Below, one piece after another: positions 46,286 to 59,247 of a stretch of 64,000 nt of DNA. The stretch is from Macrostomum hystrix. Its lineage: Eukaryota > Animalia > Platyhelminthes. The stretch spans positions 20,274,001 through 20,338,000 of the forward strand of contig CATNEN010000038.1 of assembly GCA_950097015.1 (NCBI GenBank), written 5' to 3'. The translations under genes and the position numbers were made by a program. Positions within the stretch are counted from its first letter, which is position 1. Each line of letters opens with the position of its first letter. The notes beneath the pieces were generated by a model, which worked only from the letters and a program-made list of their open reading frames with translations, ran no database searches and had not been told where the DNA came from.

Positions 46286-46659
46286 TCGGACTTATAGATG
46301 ACTGATCGAAAAATGAAAACTGACTATAAATCTATATCAACAGCTGCAGTTCGTAAAAGTTCATTTTCTATCATAGGGGTCTGAGACAAAAAACAAGCTG
46401 AGAGACAAAAGCCGGAAAGAATATTTGACGCAAATCACGAGAGTCATGATGCAGAGCTAGTCGGTTGATTTCTAAGAAAACTGTTGCATTTTTAAGCACC
46501 TGTAGCCACTGAATGTGTCGATTTTCCTATTGAGCAAAAAACGTGAAAAGAAAATTTTGGCCTAAGGAGAACCAGAGAACAAAAGAAAGTGTAAAATTTG
46601 CGATGAAAACTAAAGAAAACACCTCTAGGGTTGGACGCTCTTGACAGACACCTTGATAG

Positions 46660-47215
46660 GATTGAAGACACTCGGGACAGACTAATTCTTAATAATCGGG
46701 ACATACACATCATTATTGATCGTGGACACTCGGGACAGACACTCCATTATTGATCGTGGACACTCGGGACAGACACTCCATTATTGATCGTGGACACTCG
46801 AGACAGACACCTCATCATTTATCGCGGACACTCGAGACAGACACCTCATTACTGATCGTGGACACTCGGGACAGACACCTCATTATTGATCGTGGACACT
46901 CGGGACAGACACCTCATTATTGATCGTGGACACTCGGGACAGACACCTCATTATTGATCGTGGACACTCGGGACAGACACCTCATTATTGATCGTGGACA
47001 CTCGGGACAGACACCTCATTATTGATCGTGGACACTCCGGACAAAAAAACTCATATTTGATCGTGGACACTCGGGAAAGACACCTAATTAAATATTGCAT
47101 TTGGATACCCAGGAAAGACACCACATTAATGATTATGATCGTGGACACCCAGGAGAGACACCGAATTAATGATTGTGGACATTTGGAACACGGAACACGG
47201 GACAGACACCTCATA
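46660..47215. repeat. 34-bp minisatellite (TTATTGATCGTGGACACTCGGGACAGACACCTCA)
   Basis: Tandem units with degenerate edges. Confidence 0.93.
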
Positions 47216-48296
47216 AACGATCGTAGGCGCCCTCCAGGGATTTGTCCTGTCGCGCGTAGGCGGCAAATTAATTTCCCGCAGCATAGAAATAATAAAGCAG
47301 AAACTATTAACAATCAGGATCTCGTTCGATGTGATAATTCCTTTTGCATAGTGCATTCCTGTTTATTCACAAGTTCATTAACAAATCAGTTTGGTAAACA
47401 AATCTTTTGTCTTTGCTTTTGTGTAATTTTCTACGATTTTTATATACTGGGAATTGACAATGTCATGTAGCCTAAAGCCTCAACAATGATGATGAGGCTT
47501 TCATGCACCTCAATCAGACTTCTTAAACTAAATCATGCAAACATCTCATTTATATTATTCGCGAACCGACGTGCTACAGAAACATTTATTATGTATAAAT
47601 GCACTTTTTTCAGGAGTTCGACTTTTTTTACATTAAAATGTTGAGTTGGACAAGCATACATATATATCTTAAAATTAAATTTGACTTTTATCATTATGTT
47701 CGTAATTTTTTGGCAAAAGCACGAAACGAAAAAAAAGAGAATTTTATTTGCGTGCTAATTTTTTCTTTGTTTTCTCATTGTTAGACTGTGGTGGAATGGG
47801 AGATGGGCAATTTGTCGTGCCGTTTTTGTCCCCATCTAGCACAAAAAACTCGGATCGAACGTAATGCTCTACAGGACTTCTTACTTACAACATACAAAAG
47901 CAAAGAGAATCTTGATACCGGGTTGTTAATGGAAATATTTTAGCGGTTAAAGAGCAAAATAACTAGTTCAAAGATTACACTTAATTCACAAAATATCACT
48001 TAATTTGAGTCTTACGTAAACCCGTAAGTTCACGCTTAACGCGAGATTGTAAAGTATAACACAAAGTAAAAAAGCTGAAACGTTTTATTATCTTATTCTA
48101 AAATTTGCACTGATATTCGAGTTTAATTCAGAAAATGTATTGCATATATTCACGAAGTTTTAAACTAATTAATGCACTATGGTAACTGTAGTCGTTCCTA
48201 AAGTTTAAGATTCTTCACACTGTAACTTTTAATTATCGATTCGAAAAATTCGCGTAAACGAATTCTTGCCGACACGGCATGCGTTAGCTGTCAAAG

Positions 48297-51200
48297 ATGG
48301 CTGATGGGAATCAATTGACATCACGAAATCAACTAAGTAGCAGAATTGATCTTTCTGCAACATCAGTTTCTGAAGAAGGTAGGTTCTTACAAACTTCCTG
48401 ATAGAATGCATTGCTATATCACATCATTGGTACCAAGTACAAATTCACACAACTCACAAAATTTACGAGTAGTGTGAGTACTTCATGGACTATTAAAATA
48501 AGTTTTCGGGAAAAAATTAAAGTGTTGCAATTTTATATTTGTTGGTGCACTTAAGTTAAAGTACTACATAATAAGGGTGAAATGTGCTATGCATTTAGTG
48601 GATATTTTTTAATATGTATATTTTTTAGCTTCATAGTAAGCTTAAAATTTTCATTTCTCATCTTGAGCTGCTTATAAAATTCAATTTTCACAACTTGCAA
48701 GGCCTTTATTTAGAGCTATGAAATTGAGAAGCATACTAAAATTATAATATGTATATTTTACTCTTGTACTAAAATGTAATGTATAAAAAAGTATAGTACT
48801 CGTACATTACTATGTATATATAATTATAAAAAAGTGCAATAATTGTGTAAACAAAATTTTTTTGTTGTCCTTACTCATACTTTTTTTCTGGTTTATATAC
48901 TTCTCAGGGCTAATTGACATATTAACAATGCTAATCAAAAAGCCGAGAATACATTTACATTTTTGCAAAATCGTGAATTTATTTATCACGACAGTAATTT
49001 GAAAACAGAACTTACTTAACAGGTTTTTTACTGATGACTGTATTTTTACTTTTTTTCTCAACTCTAGTACCTGTACGTAAATTAAATTAATTGAAGAATG
49101 TATTGTAATTTGACTTTTTTCTACAATCTAACAAAAATCACGTGCGAATTCTCATTAAAACAGATCTCTTTCACATCTGGGAGGCTGTGTCAAAGTTCAT
49201 AGAAAAGAACCTACAGAGTCAAAAGGTAAACATTATGCAACAATTTCAGTATCGACGTCTTTAAAGTGAAATAAACACAGCAAAAAACATTTCTATCATT
49301 TTTGTTCATTTATTCCAGGGCGTACACATCCCAAACTTCGGCACTTTCTCGTTCGTACAAAAGAAACTCGATGTTGGCAATGCCAAGTATCTGCTCATTC
49401 AGCGCCCTGTATTTCAACTATTCGAGCGCATCTGCCAAACCCACGGCCTGGCGCAGACTAAACATCACGTGACTGGCTCCGTGCCTGTGGTGCAGCTGAA
49501 CTTTGCCGCCCTGTCTGTGGAGTCCACGGGCCGATTTGATCGCGACAAAATTGAAACCTGCGTGCGCGAGACACTTGGCGCCCTGAACCGTTCCATCGCT
49601 ATGCAGAGAAATGTTGAACTGGTTTTCTGCGGAGTTGGCCGACTTCAAATTCGCGGCGGCCACGTGAAATTCAAGTTCTACAAGGATTTTGTGAACAGTC
49701 TGGACCGCAGCGGAACCGTCGTCAGGGCTATGCAGCAGGTGAGAACGCTGAAGTCATTTGGAAGTGTCACTGTCAGGTAGTTCAGTCACTCTCCCCTTTA
49801 TCACTGCCAGTTCAGTCACTCTCCTCCTTATCAATGCCAGTTCAGTCACTCTCCTCCTAATCAACGCCAGCTCAGTCACTCTCCTCCTTATCAATGCCAG
49901 TTCAGTCACTCTCCTCCTTATCAATGCCAGTTCAGTCACTCTCCTCCTTATCAATGCCAGCTCAGTCACTCTCCTCCTTATCAATGCCAGTTCAGTCACT
50001 CTCCTCCTTATCAATGCCAGTTCAGTCACTCTCCTCCTTATCGATTCCAGCTCAGTCACTCTCCTCCTTATCAATGCCAGTTCAGTCACTCTCCTCCTTA
50101 TCAATGCCAGCTCAGTCACTCTCCTCCTTATCAATGCCAGTTCAGTCACTCTCCTCCTTATCAATGCCAGCTCAGTCACTCTCCTCCTTATCAATGCCAG
50201 TTCAGTCACTCTCCTCCTTATCAATGCCAGTTCAGTCACTCTCCTCCTTATCAATGCCAGCTCAGTCACTCTCCTCCTTATCAATGCCAGCTCAGTCACT
50301 CTCCTCCTTATCAATGCCAGCTCAGTCACTCTCCTCCTTATCGATTCCAGCTCAGTCACTCTCCTCCTTATCAATGCCAGCTCAGTCACTCTCCTCCTTA
50401 TCAATGCCAGTTCAGTCACTCTCCTCCTTATCAATGCCAGTTCAGTCACTCTCCTCCTTATCAATGCCAGCTCAGTCACTCTCCTCCTTATCAATGCCAG
50501 TTCAGTCACTCTCCTCCTTATCAATGCCAGATCAGTCACTCTCCTCCTTATCAACGCCAGCTCAGTCACTCTCCTCCTTATCAATGCCAGCTCAGTCACT
50601 CTCCTCCTAATCAACGCCAGCTCAGTCACTCTCCTCCTTATCAATGCCAGCTCAGTCACTCTCCTCCTTATCAATGCCAGCTCAGTCACTCTCCTCCTTA
50701 TCGATTCCAGCTCAGTCACTCTCCTCCTTATCAATGCCAGTTCAGTCACTCTCCTCCTTATCAATGCCAGTTCAGTCACTCTCCTCCTTATCGATTCCAG
50801 CTCAGTCACTCTCCTCCTTATCAATGCCAGTTCAGTCACTCTCCTCCTTATCAATTCTAGCTCAGTCACTCTCCTTATCGATTCCAGCTCAGTCACTCTC
50901 CTCCTTATCAATGCCAGCTCAGTCACTTCACCCCCACTTATCGCTTGTTTTCAGAGGCCTGGAACTGCAGACTCAGTCATGACTGACCGACCAGCAAGCA
51001 GAGCGTTCAGCGTGGCCCTGCCAAAGTAAGTTGACCTTTTTTCTTAAAATTTGATTGATTTTGTTTAGCTAAAATGGTAGGTCGCTTTTTAACACAATGT
51101 GCAACATAATCAGGAATTGCATTTTTATATTTTCTAACCTTGATCTATTCGCATTTAGATTGAAGTTTTTGTTTTTTGTTAAATCGCAAAACTAATTTGC

Positions 51201-54200
51201 AAAATGCTTTTTTTTATAGATCCTACCAATTACTTGCTTACGAGTACCTGAAACTAGCTCTCAATCTTACCTGTATCTAGTCGCAAATCTACCTGTATCT
51301 ACCTACAAATCTACCTGCATCTACCTTCAAAACTACCTGTATCCACCTAAAAAACTAACCTGTATCTATCTACAAAACAACCTATATCTACCTACAAAAC
51401 TACCTATATCTACCTACAAAACTACCTGTATCTACCTACAAAACTACCTGTATCTAGCTTCAAAACTACCTGCATCTACCTACAAAACTACCTGTATCTA
51501 CCTACAAAACTACGTGTATCTAGCTTCAAAACTACCTGCATCTACCTACAAAACTACCTGTATCTAGCTTCAAAACTACCTGCATCTACCTACAAAACTA
51601 CCTGTATCTAGCTTCAAAACTACCTGCATCTACCTACAAAACTACCTGTATCGACCTACAAAACTACGTGTATCTAGCTTCAAAACTACCTGCATTTACC
51701 TACAAAACTACCTGTATCTAGCTTCAAAACTACCTGCATCTACCTACAAAACTACCTGTATCTAGCTTCAAAACTACCTGCATCTACCTACAAAACTACC
51801 TGTATCGACCTACAAAACTACGTGTATCTAGCTTCAAAACTACCTGCATTTACCTACAAAACTACCTGTATCTACCTACAAAACGAACCTGTATCCACCT
51901 AAAATATTACCTGTGTCTACCTACAAAAATACCTATATCTACCTACAAAACTACCTGTATCTACCTACAAAAATACCTGTATCTACCTACAAAAATACCT
52001 GTATCTACCTACAAAAATACCTGTATCTACCTAAAAAATTACCTGGATCTAACTACAAACCTAACTGTATTTACCTGCAAACCTACTTGTATCTATCTAC
52101 AAAACCTTATTCTGAGCTGGAATCGATAAGGAGAGTGACTGAGCTAATTTACCATTCTAAATACCCATTGCTTCTCATTTCTATACTTAGCTTTTCACTC
52201 CAGCTGTGCTACCGCCAGATGAGACGTAGTCTCAAATAAATTGGCACTCAATATACAACTGTGAGTTTTATAGGTAACTGAAGGCCTAAGAGCAGACTCT
52301 TAAAATTGGTTGCTGTTATCGCAACGCTAATTTACTCATTTACCTTGCGTCAGCTTAACTTCTCACTAAAGACCAGTTCTTATCTTAATTATTATCAGGT
52401 CTATGCATTTTTATCACGTTTTATGCCTAGTCGTCACATTTCAAAGCTATAATTGTGTTATTATCAAATCGTCCCACACGATACACGCTAAAGTCGGTTG
52501 CATTTTGTCTGCTAATTTTATGATCGCAATTCATACAAACCTGTCGATCACTTTGTCGAGCACAAATGGATAATGAAAGTGAATAAAATTTTCGAATATA
52601 TATAAGATACTACTATCAGTAAGGCTTATCGAGAAAACTTCGGAAAAAAGCCACGGGATTCGAACCCCTGCCGCCTGTTAACGCTTAACATATTTATAAT
52701 TAACCGATTTTACCTGTACAAAATTCAGAGAATAATTATCCCCTAAAAATTGACAGGCTTCCCAGTCGTGGAGTCAACGGTTTGGCTCCCATCGAAGAGG
52801 ACGAGTACGCGATTGGCGAGAGCGCCGGAGTGCAAACTGATCGTCGAGGTGCGGAATTCGACCAAGGTAAAAAACAGCTTCATTTTCGACAGAATCTCAG
52901 TTATTTTTTTCACTATTACTACTTTAGAAACTACATATTGTATCCTTTTTATGTACAAGTGGTCATTTTGGTTTTTTATTTACTATGAGTAGGCTGTTGT
53001 GCATTTTTACAGCAATACGCAAAGAGCTTTGATTTTTCGATACATATAGGACTTAAAAAACAAAATATGTATACTGAAAGTCTGTAACTTACAATATTTT
53101 CGCTGACATACATGTCGATTTATTTAACCCGCACTTTAAAATTAGTTTAGCTTTTTTCTGAAGTCAAAATTGATAATCCTTCATAACTTCAGCATCAGAT
53201 CTTAATGCCACAGTCCCACATTCTATATGCTGATTTTTATTGCCATTGAATCCTTGAATAATTCAAACATCGCCAACTCAGTCGATAAGAATGACTCAAA
53301 TCGCGTCAAGTGCGTTGCTATTAGCAACCAGCATCCTTGTGAGGAAGGTTATGGTAGAATCGCGTGGAACTACAATGCGTATATAATTAGAGACAGTTGA
53401 AACACAATAAGCTAAGACCAAGAATAGGCTAATGAAAATGTCCCCATCTAAGTGTCGTCAACTTGGCTTTGCCTCAATTTGCGACCACAATGGCAGACAG
53501 TTTTACTTGCCAGCTGAGCTGTTGCAGTTGCCACACCAACAGCAGCAGCAGCAGCAGCAGCAGTTGCGTTTGTCAACGCCAAAGGTAGCAAAATGCTTCG
53601 ACGATGAAAGTTTAGAAACAGCCGCAGCAGCAGCCGCAGCCGGTCTTCCATCAGTTGAGTCGTCTCAGAGACCGCTGCAGCGCAAATTGCCTGTTAAAAA
53701 GTGCAGACAATTTAGCCTGCAGCAGCAGCAGCAGCTAATGCAGCAGTATCATTCTCTTCTCCCAGAATTGCCAAGTCGTTTAGCGACTGCTTTGCAAAAG
53801 AGAGCCATGGCTGGTGAGGTTGATATAATTAGGGCTTTCCCCACTTAAAAGTAAAACATAATTAAATCAACGTAAAAAATAATTGCAGGAGGGCGACGGG
53901 CAGTGGCACATGATTTGGTGACACAAGACCCGCAGCCAGCGAGGAGGCAATTCTACCCATTTCGCTGACTCCTAAGCACACCCGCACACAGATACTGTAC
54001 GCAGGCACACGCTCATCGTCAGGCAGTGTACACTGTCAATGCCTTGGAGCATTGCACGACAAGCATCCAAGCCAAATAAATGTGGCCTCGCCGCGGAATC
54101 GAACTTAGGGACCTTGGCGCGCGAGGCAAAAGCGATAAACTGCTCTACCACCGACCTCCAAAAATATAATTTTATATTTCACTATTAACTTTGAAACTTG

Positions 54201-57200
54201 AAACGCAGAAGCGGCTGGTTTCGACGAGGCCCAAGAGGTGGATCGTCGGCCGCGCACTGAACGACTGTCCACCGGGCATCAGTCGGCTCTCCCCGTTGCT
54301 ATGGCAACCGACTTCAGCTACGACCTGGCAACGGCCAGGCGTAGCGTCGCCGTAGCCGATCGTCTCGACCTGCGCGACGGCGACTTTGAAGCTAGCGAAC
54401 CCGGCGACGATGCAGCAGCGGCCGACGCCGATGCCGAGGCGGACAAGGAGAACACAGAGGCCAAGCCAAGCCTGGCGACTTCGCTGCCTCCGCCGACGCC
54501 GCCGCAGATGTCGCTGCTGCCTCCTCCGAGGCCGCCGTCGACTGCTCGCTTTCAGCCGCAGCAGCAGCAGCAACAGCAGCGGCCGCCGAGCACCGCTTCC
54601 TCTTGCGGTCACGCAGGCGCCGGACAAGAGCTCTGCTATGTCTGTCATCAGCGAGCCAGGTTTGCTTCCAACACTAATAATTATAGTAATAATAATAATA
54701 ATTGCTGGAAGGCTGCGGGCAATGGCACATCATTTAGTGACACTAGACCCGCAGCCAGCGAGGAGGCAATTCTGCCCATTTCGCTGGCTCCTGAGCACAC
54801 ACGCACACAGATACGGTACGCAGGCACACGCTCACACAGGTGTGTACATCTTCCCTGACTTTCTCATTGTCTGGCAGTGTACACTCTCACTGTGCCTTGG
54901 AGGTTCTTGGTTTAAATTGCGCGACAAGCCCCCAAGCCTTCTCTACGTGGCTGCACCCCAAATTAATGTGGCCTCGCCGTGGAATCGACCGTGGTGCGTG
55001 TGGCGAATACGTTAACCGCTTCTACCACTGGTTTGCCATGCTTTTGCAATAGATTTCAGACTTATGATCGAGAGGTCGGGGGTTCGATTCCTAGCCAAAG
55101 TGAAACGCGCAGACGAGAATTGTTGAATATCCTGACGATGCCGATGTTTTGTGATTCTGGAAGTTGTTTCATCGGATAGAGCGGAAAATATTCAGTTCTC
55201 TAAATTTATATAGCGACTGGTTGAATATTTTGGGCGATACAGAAAAGAGAAATGTGCAGTGGGGCTATTTGAAATTCCATCAGATGCCTCTTCAGTCCAG
55301 GGACTGAGCAGCTGTACACAGTATTTGGAAGTGTTGCGCAATGGATTCGGCTGTGTGACCAGCTGTACATCCGCATTTGGTGTCGTTTTAAACTATGCAA
55401 TGCTCTATTAATACTTATAAGCTACCGAACCGCAGGCGGAACATTCCGGTGTCCTTTGCCGAGGAGCTGAAGCGTCGAGAGAAGGAGGAGGACCAACTGC
55501 TGCACGCTTACAATGAGATGCGGGACAAGGAGAGAATTCTTAAAGACCAGGTGAGTAGAACACGCTTTACTTGAAATTCTATCCGAAATTCTCTCCGAAT
55601 TTCTATCCGAATTCTATCCGAATTCAACCCGAATTCTTCGCAAATTCTATCCGTAATTCAATTCGAAATTCTATTAAAGTTCTTCCCGAATTCTTCCCAA
55701 ATTGAATCCGAAATTCTATCCGAAATTCTCTCCGAAATTCTATCCGAAATTCTCTCAGAAATTCTATCCGAAATTCTCTCCGAAATTGTATCGGAAATTC
55801 TATCGGAAATTCTATCGGAAATTCTATCGGAAATTCTATCCGAAATTCTATCCGAAATTCTATCCGAAATGCAATCCGAATTCTAAACAAGTTCTTCACA
55901 AATTCTTCCCGAATTCAACCCGAAATTTTCCCGAAGACTTGTGTCCGAACCCTATCTTCTAAATTTTAGTTGAATTCTATCAGAATTTTCCTGGATGTTC
56001 TATTTTATCTGATATTATTTACTATTTCCATCTTTCCGAAAAATGTCTTCCAGGAATCCCTCTTAGCCAAGCGTCACGACGCCCAGAAGGTGTCGGCCTT
56101 CAATCTCGGCATCTCCGAGGCGCAGAAGGAGCGCCGGGGTCAGCGCGACGACGACACTAGGCCGTCGTACATCTTCCAGGCCAGGCCGCTGACGCCGCCG
56201 CGGCGCATCAAGCAGCTGGCGCTGAACGCCGAACTGGAGCGGCAAGTCATCGACAAGCGGTCGGCGCACGACCGCCTGCGAGCCGACGAGGCCTTCCTGG
56301 AACGATTGGAACAGGTTCAGCTGGCCGAGGACTTGGCGGCCCAGCGGGAGCAGTACTTGAAGGAAAGGGAGGAACAGAAGGAGATGTACAGGCGGGCTCT
56401 CTCGGCTCAGGTAAGCAGCGAGTCTTTTACCTGAGTATCAGTATTCCCAAGTTGATTTTCAACTTGCATCCCGAATCGTGTTTCGACATTCTGCCTTCGG
56501 ATTTCGAAATCCAACATAAAATATCACTATTTTTAAATTCCCATCTGAAAGATCCTATCCTGAACTCCCAATCTCGAAGTCCTGATCCTGAAACCCCGTC
56601 CTGAAATCCTTCAACTTCTTTCCCGAAAATACTACCACGAAACCCCCAAGAATCCTAGAATCCCTATGCTAAAAATCGCATCCTTAAATCCCGGTCCTGA
56701 AATCCTCATCCTGATTCAAAATATTCCTATATGGAATCGTCATCAAGAAATCCCCGTCCTGAAATCCCCATCCTGAAATCCCCATCCTGAAATCCCTATC
56801 CTGAAATCCCTATCCTGAAATCACATCTCGAAATCCCATTCTGACATTCCCATCCTGAAACATCCTTTCTCTTCTGATCCCCAATCTCCAAACTCCCATC
56901 GCAGTTGCGCTACAAGCCGGTGCCTCTGCCGCCGCGTGAGCCCGACTCCTCGGAGCCCGTATTCGGTCGCAACGACGTCACCGAGGAGAAACTGCTCGAG
57001 CGCCGGCGACGCGCCAAGGAGGTCGCGCTCTCCCAGCTAGACGATGTCAATGCCAAGAAGCGCGAAGAGCTACTGCGTCGGCTGCAGGAGCAGAAGTACG
57101 AGGAGGACGTGCTGCGCCGGACTCGCGACGAGTGAGTTTCGGTCATCGGGTTGATGTTTTTGACTGCTCATCTTATCTAACAAATCTGTCATCGTGTCTA

Positions 57201-57731
57201 ACATGTCAGTCATCGTGTCTAGCATGTCAGTCATCGTGTCTAGCATGTCAGTCATCGTGTCTAGCATGTCAGTCATCGTGTCTAACATCTAGGAAGACAT
57301 GGCGAGCTGCTTTATAATTTTTACTCATCCCTGTATTGTGATGGCAACAGAATGTATTTAAAATAATTCAGACAGCGTCTACTGTTAGTAGGCTAGAAGA
57401 TTATTTCTGTCGTAAAATAAATTGCTAAAAATGAAACGACCCTCTCCGACGTCGCCTCCAACGCAGTCTGGTGCGAGATCGGGCCTGGCGCTTCGACCGG
57501 CTGCAGCGCAATCGTCAGGGCCTCGAAACTGACTGGAGCCAGGCGGCCCAGGTGAAGCGCGACCGCGAGATAGCCGAGAAGCTGCGCGCCGCATCACCCG
57601 GCGGCCTGGTGCACGAACAGTGCGACAACAACAGGCGCTGCCGACAGTGCAAGCGTCGACTAAATAACAGCGGCGAGACCAACATCTGGTGCGAGAGCTA
57701 CTACGTGCCCGGCAGTCGTTACCTCACTTGA
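48297..57731 (+). CDS. CCDC81: Coiled-coil domain-containing protein 81 (HU-like N-terminal domains); exons 48297-48378, 49164-49225, 49319-49738, 50955-51025, 52757-52866, 54209-54659, 55436-55550, 56054-56410, 56905-57131, 57467-57731
   Basis: IWEAVSKFIEKNLQSQKGVHIPNFGTFSFVQKKLDVGNAKYLLIQRPVF..VPVVQLNFAALS..VRETL..NVELVFCGVGRLQIR..KFKFYKDF, GQELCYVCHQRARRN and the C-terminus QCDNNRRCRQCKRRLNNSGETNIW..VPGSRYLT match CCDC81 as recalled. All intron phases are compatible. Confidence 0.92.
49778..50925. repeat. 30-bp minisatellite (GTTCAGTCACTCTCCTCCTTATCAATGCCA) filling CCDC81 intron 3
   Basis: About 38 units between the donor at 49739 and the acceptor at 50954. Confidence 0.97.
51265..52105. 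repeat. 22-bp minisatellite (CTACCTGTATCTACCTACAAAA) in CCDC81 intron 4
   Basis: Tandem units. Confidence 0.95.
53432..53813 (+). CDS. Candidate alternative first coding exon of CCDC81 (polyQ/polyA-rich, 127 codons)
   Basis: ATG-initiated ORF with host-like CAG runs. The phase-1 donor G|GTGAG at 53813 is compatible with the acceptor at 54208. An in-frame stop lies upstream. Confidence 0.6.
53878..54155 (-). mobile_element. tRNA-derived SINE family B copy (internally deleted)
   Basis: Same body as 39887-40228. Confidence 0.8.
54675..55040 (-). mobile_element. tRNA-derived SINE family B copy
   Basis: TGGTAGAAGCGG A-box-like, GGTCGATTCC B-box, the shared body and a (TTA)n tail. Confidence 0.85.
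55573..55930. repeat. ~12-bp minisatellite (ATTCTATCCGAA) in a CCDC81 intron
   Basis: Tandem units. Confidence 0.9.
56550..56860. repeat. Degenerate ~14-bp repeat (ATCCTGAAATCCC) in a CCDC81 intron
   Basis: Tandem and degenerate units. Confidence 0.8.
57175..57290. repeat. 21-bp minisatellite (TCATCGTGTCTAGCATGTCAG) in the last CCDC81 intron
   Basis: About 5 units. Confidence 0.9.
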
Positions 57732-57777
57732 GGGCAGAAAATTTTGATGGTCATGTGACCTGGCATGGATAAAAAAA

Positions 57778-58155
57778 TATCACGTGACTATAGTACGAAC
57801 ATAAATATTTAGATCACGTGACTGTAGTACGACCATAAATATTTAGATCACGTGACTATAGTACGATCAAATAATATTAAGATCACATGACTATAGTACG
57901 ATCAATAAATATTAAGATCACGTGACTACAGTTGGAAAAAAATAATCAGATCACGTGACTGTAGTTCGATCAATAAATATTAAGCTCACGTGACTATATT
58001 ACAATCAATAAATATTAATATCACGTGCCTATAGTACGATCAATAAATATTAAGGTCACGTGACTATAGTACAATCAATAAATATTAAGATCACGTGACT
58101 ATAGTACGACCATAAATATTTACATCACGTGACTATAGTACGATCAATAAATATT
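57778..58155. repeat. ~36-bp minisatellite (ATCACGTGACTATAGTACGATCAATAAATATTAAG) just 3' of CCDC81
   Basis: About 10-11 units. Confidence 0.93.
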
Positions 58156-59126
58156 GAGTAACTTAAAAGTACACAAAAAACTAACTGTAATTTTGAAACT
58201 CTGAGCCTTCTCTATGCACTGTGATACTGCGATCATTTTATTTGAGTAGTTTAGTAAAACAGTTGGGAAATGATTATCACGAAGTTTCTCTTCCCTTTGA
58301 AAAAAGCAAAAATTTTCTATTTAATTTTTTCACCTGGCTTTTGTTGACGAGCCCGCCGATCTTTCTAAATTAGGTCTGTTTTACTTTGTAGTTTTTTATC
58401 TTAAAAATTGATGAATGTAGTTAGCAACAACATGCAGTTAATGGCCTGCGTTTTCCGCCTGAAATTATTGACAGATTGATTGGTTGATCAATTGATTGAT
58501 TGAGTATTACAATTTGATTTATTGTAATGAGTCTATGATGACTTTAACTTTTTAGTAGAAGAACTTTGTTAATCTGCTACTAAATGATGCTAGAGTGATT
58601 TATTACTAAATGAGCAATTTAAACAAGTGTGAAAGGTTTTAATTGAACAAAAAGAGTTAGTTGATCAGTAATACGAATATATCGAATTGTTTTTCGTTCT
58701 AAATTTCTTTAAATACATTGAAACTTTTCGCTTCGTTTTCTGGGAACAAGTTGTTTGTTAAACGTTCGCTTACTAAATGTGACAGACTGAAAAAGCTGAA
58801 CTATTTGAAAACTGCCCATATTTGTTTTATTATTACTTTCGCTAATTTTAAGCACTTTTTTTCCTTCGAATTGAATTGCTTTATCACTTTCTTGTTTTCA
58901 ATTTCTATTAGTTTTTTTCGATAAACCATTTTCTCAACGCCTGCTCAGAAAAGAATTTTCCATTTTTGGTCTTGCTGCTTACTAAAATTAAACAAAGGTA
59001 ATAAATACTGCTGACTACAATATTTTGTTTTCTGAATAAGAGCATAGTAGACTTTATTCTCTCTTTTTTTAAATGAATAGCTTCACAACGTTGATAGTAT
59101 TTTCGTGACTTATTGTCTTATCAGTT

Positions 59127-59247
<121 letters not shown>

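Noticed and set aside
49754-51029. Long ALIRRRVTEL / SSVTLLLINA ORFs (apparent basic cleavage sites)
   Set aside because: The array fills CCDC81 intron 3, has no signal peptide and shows non-synonymous unit variation, unlike the 34.3-kb precursor.
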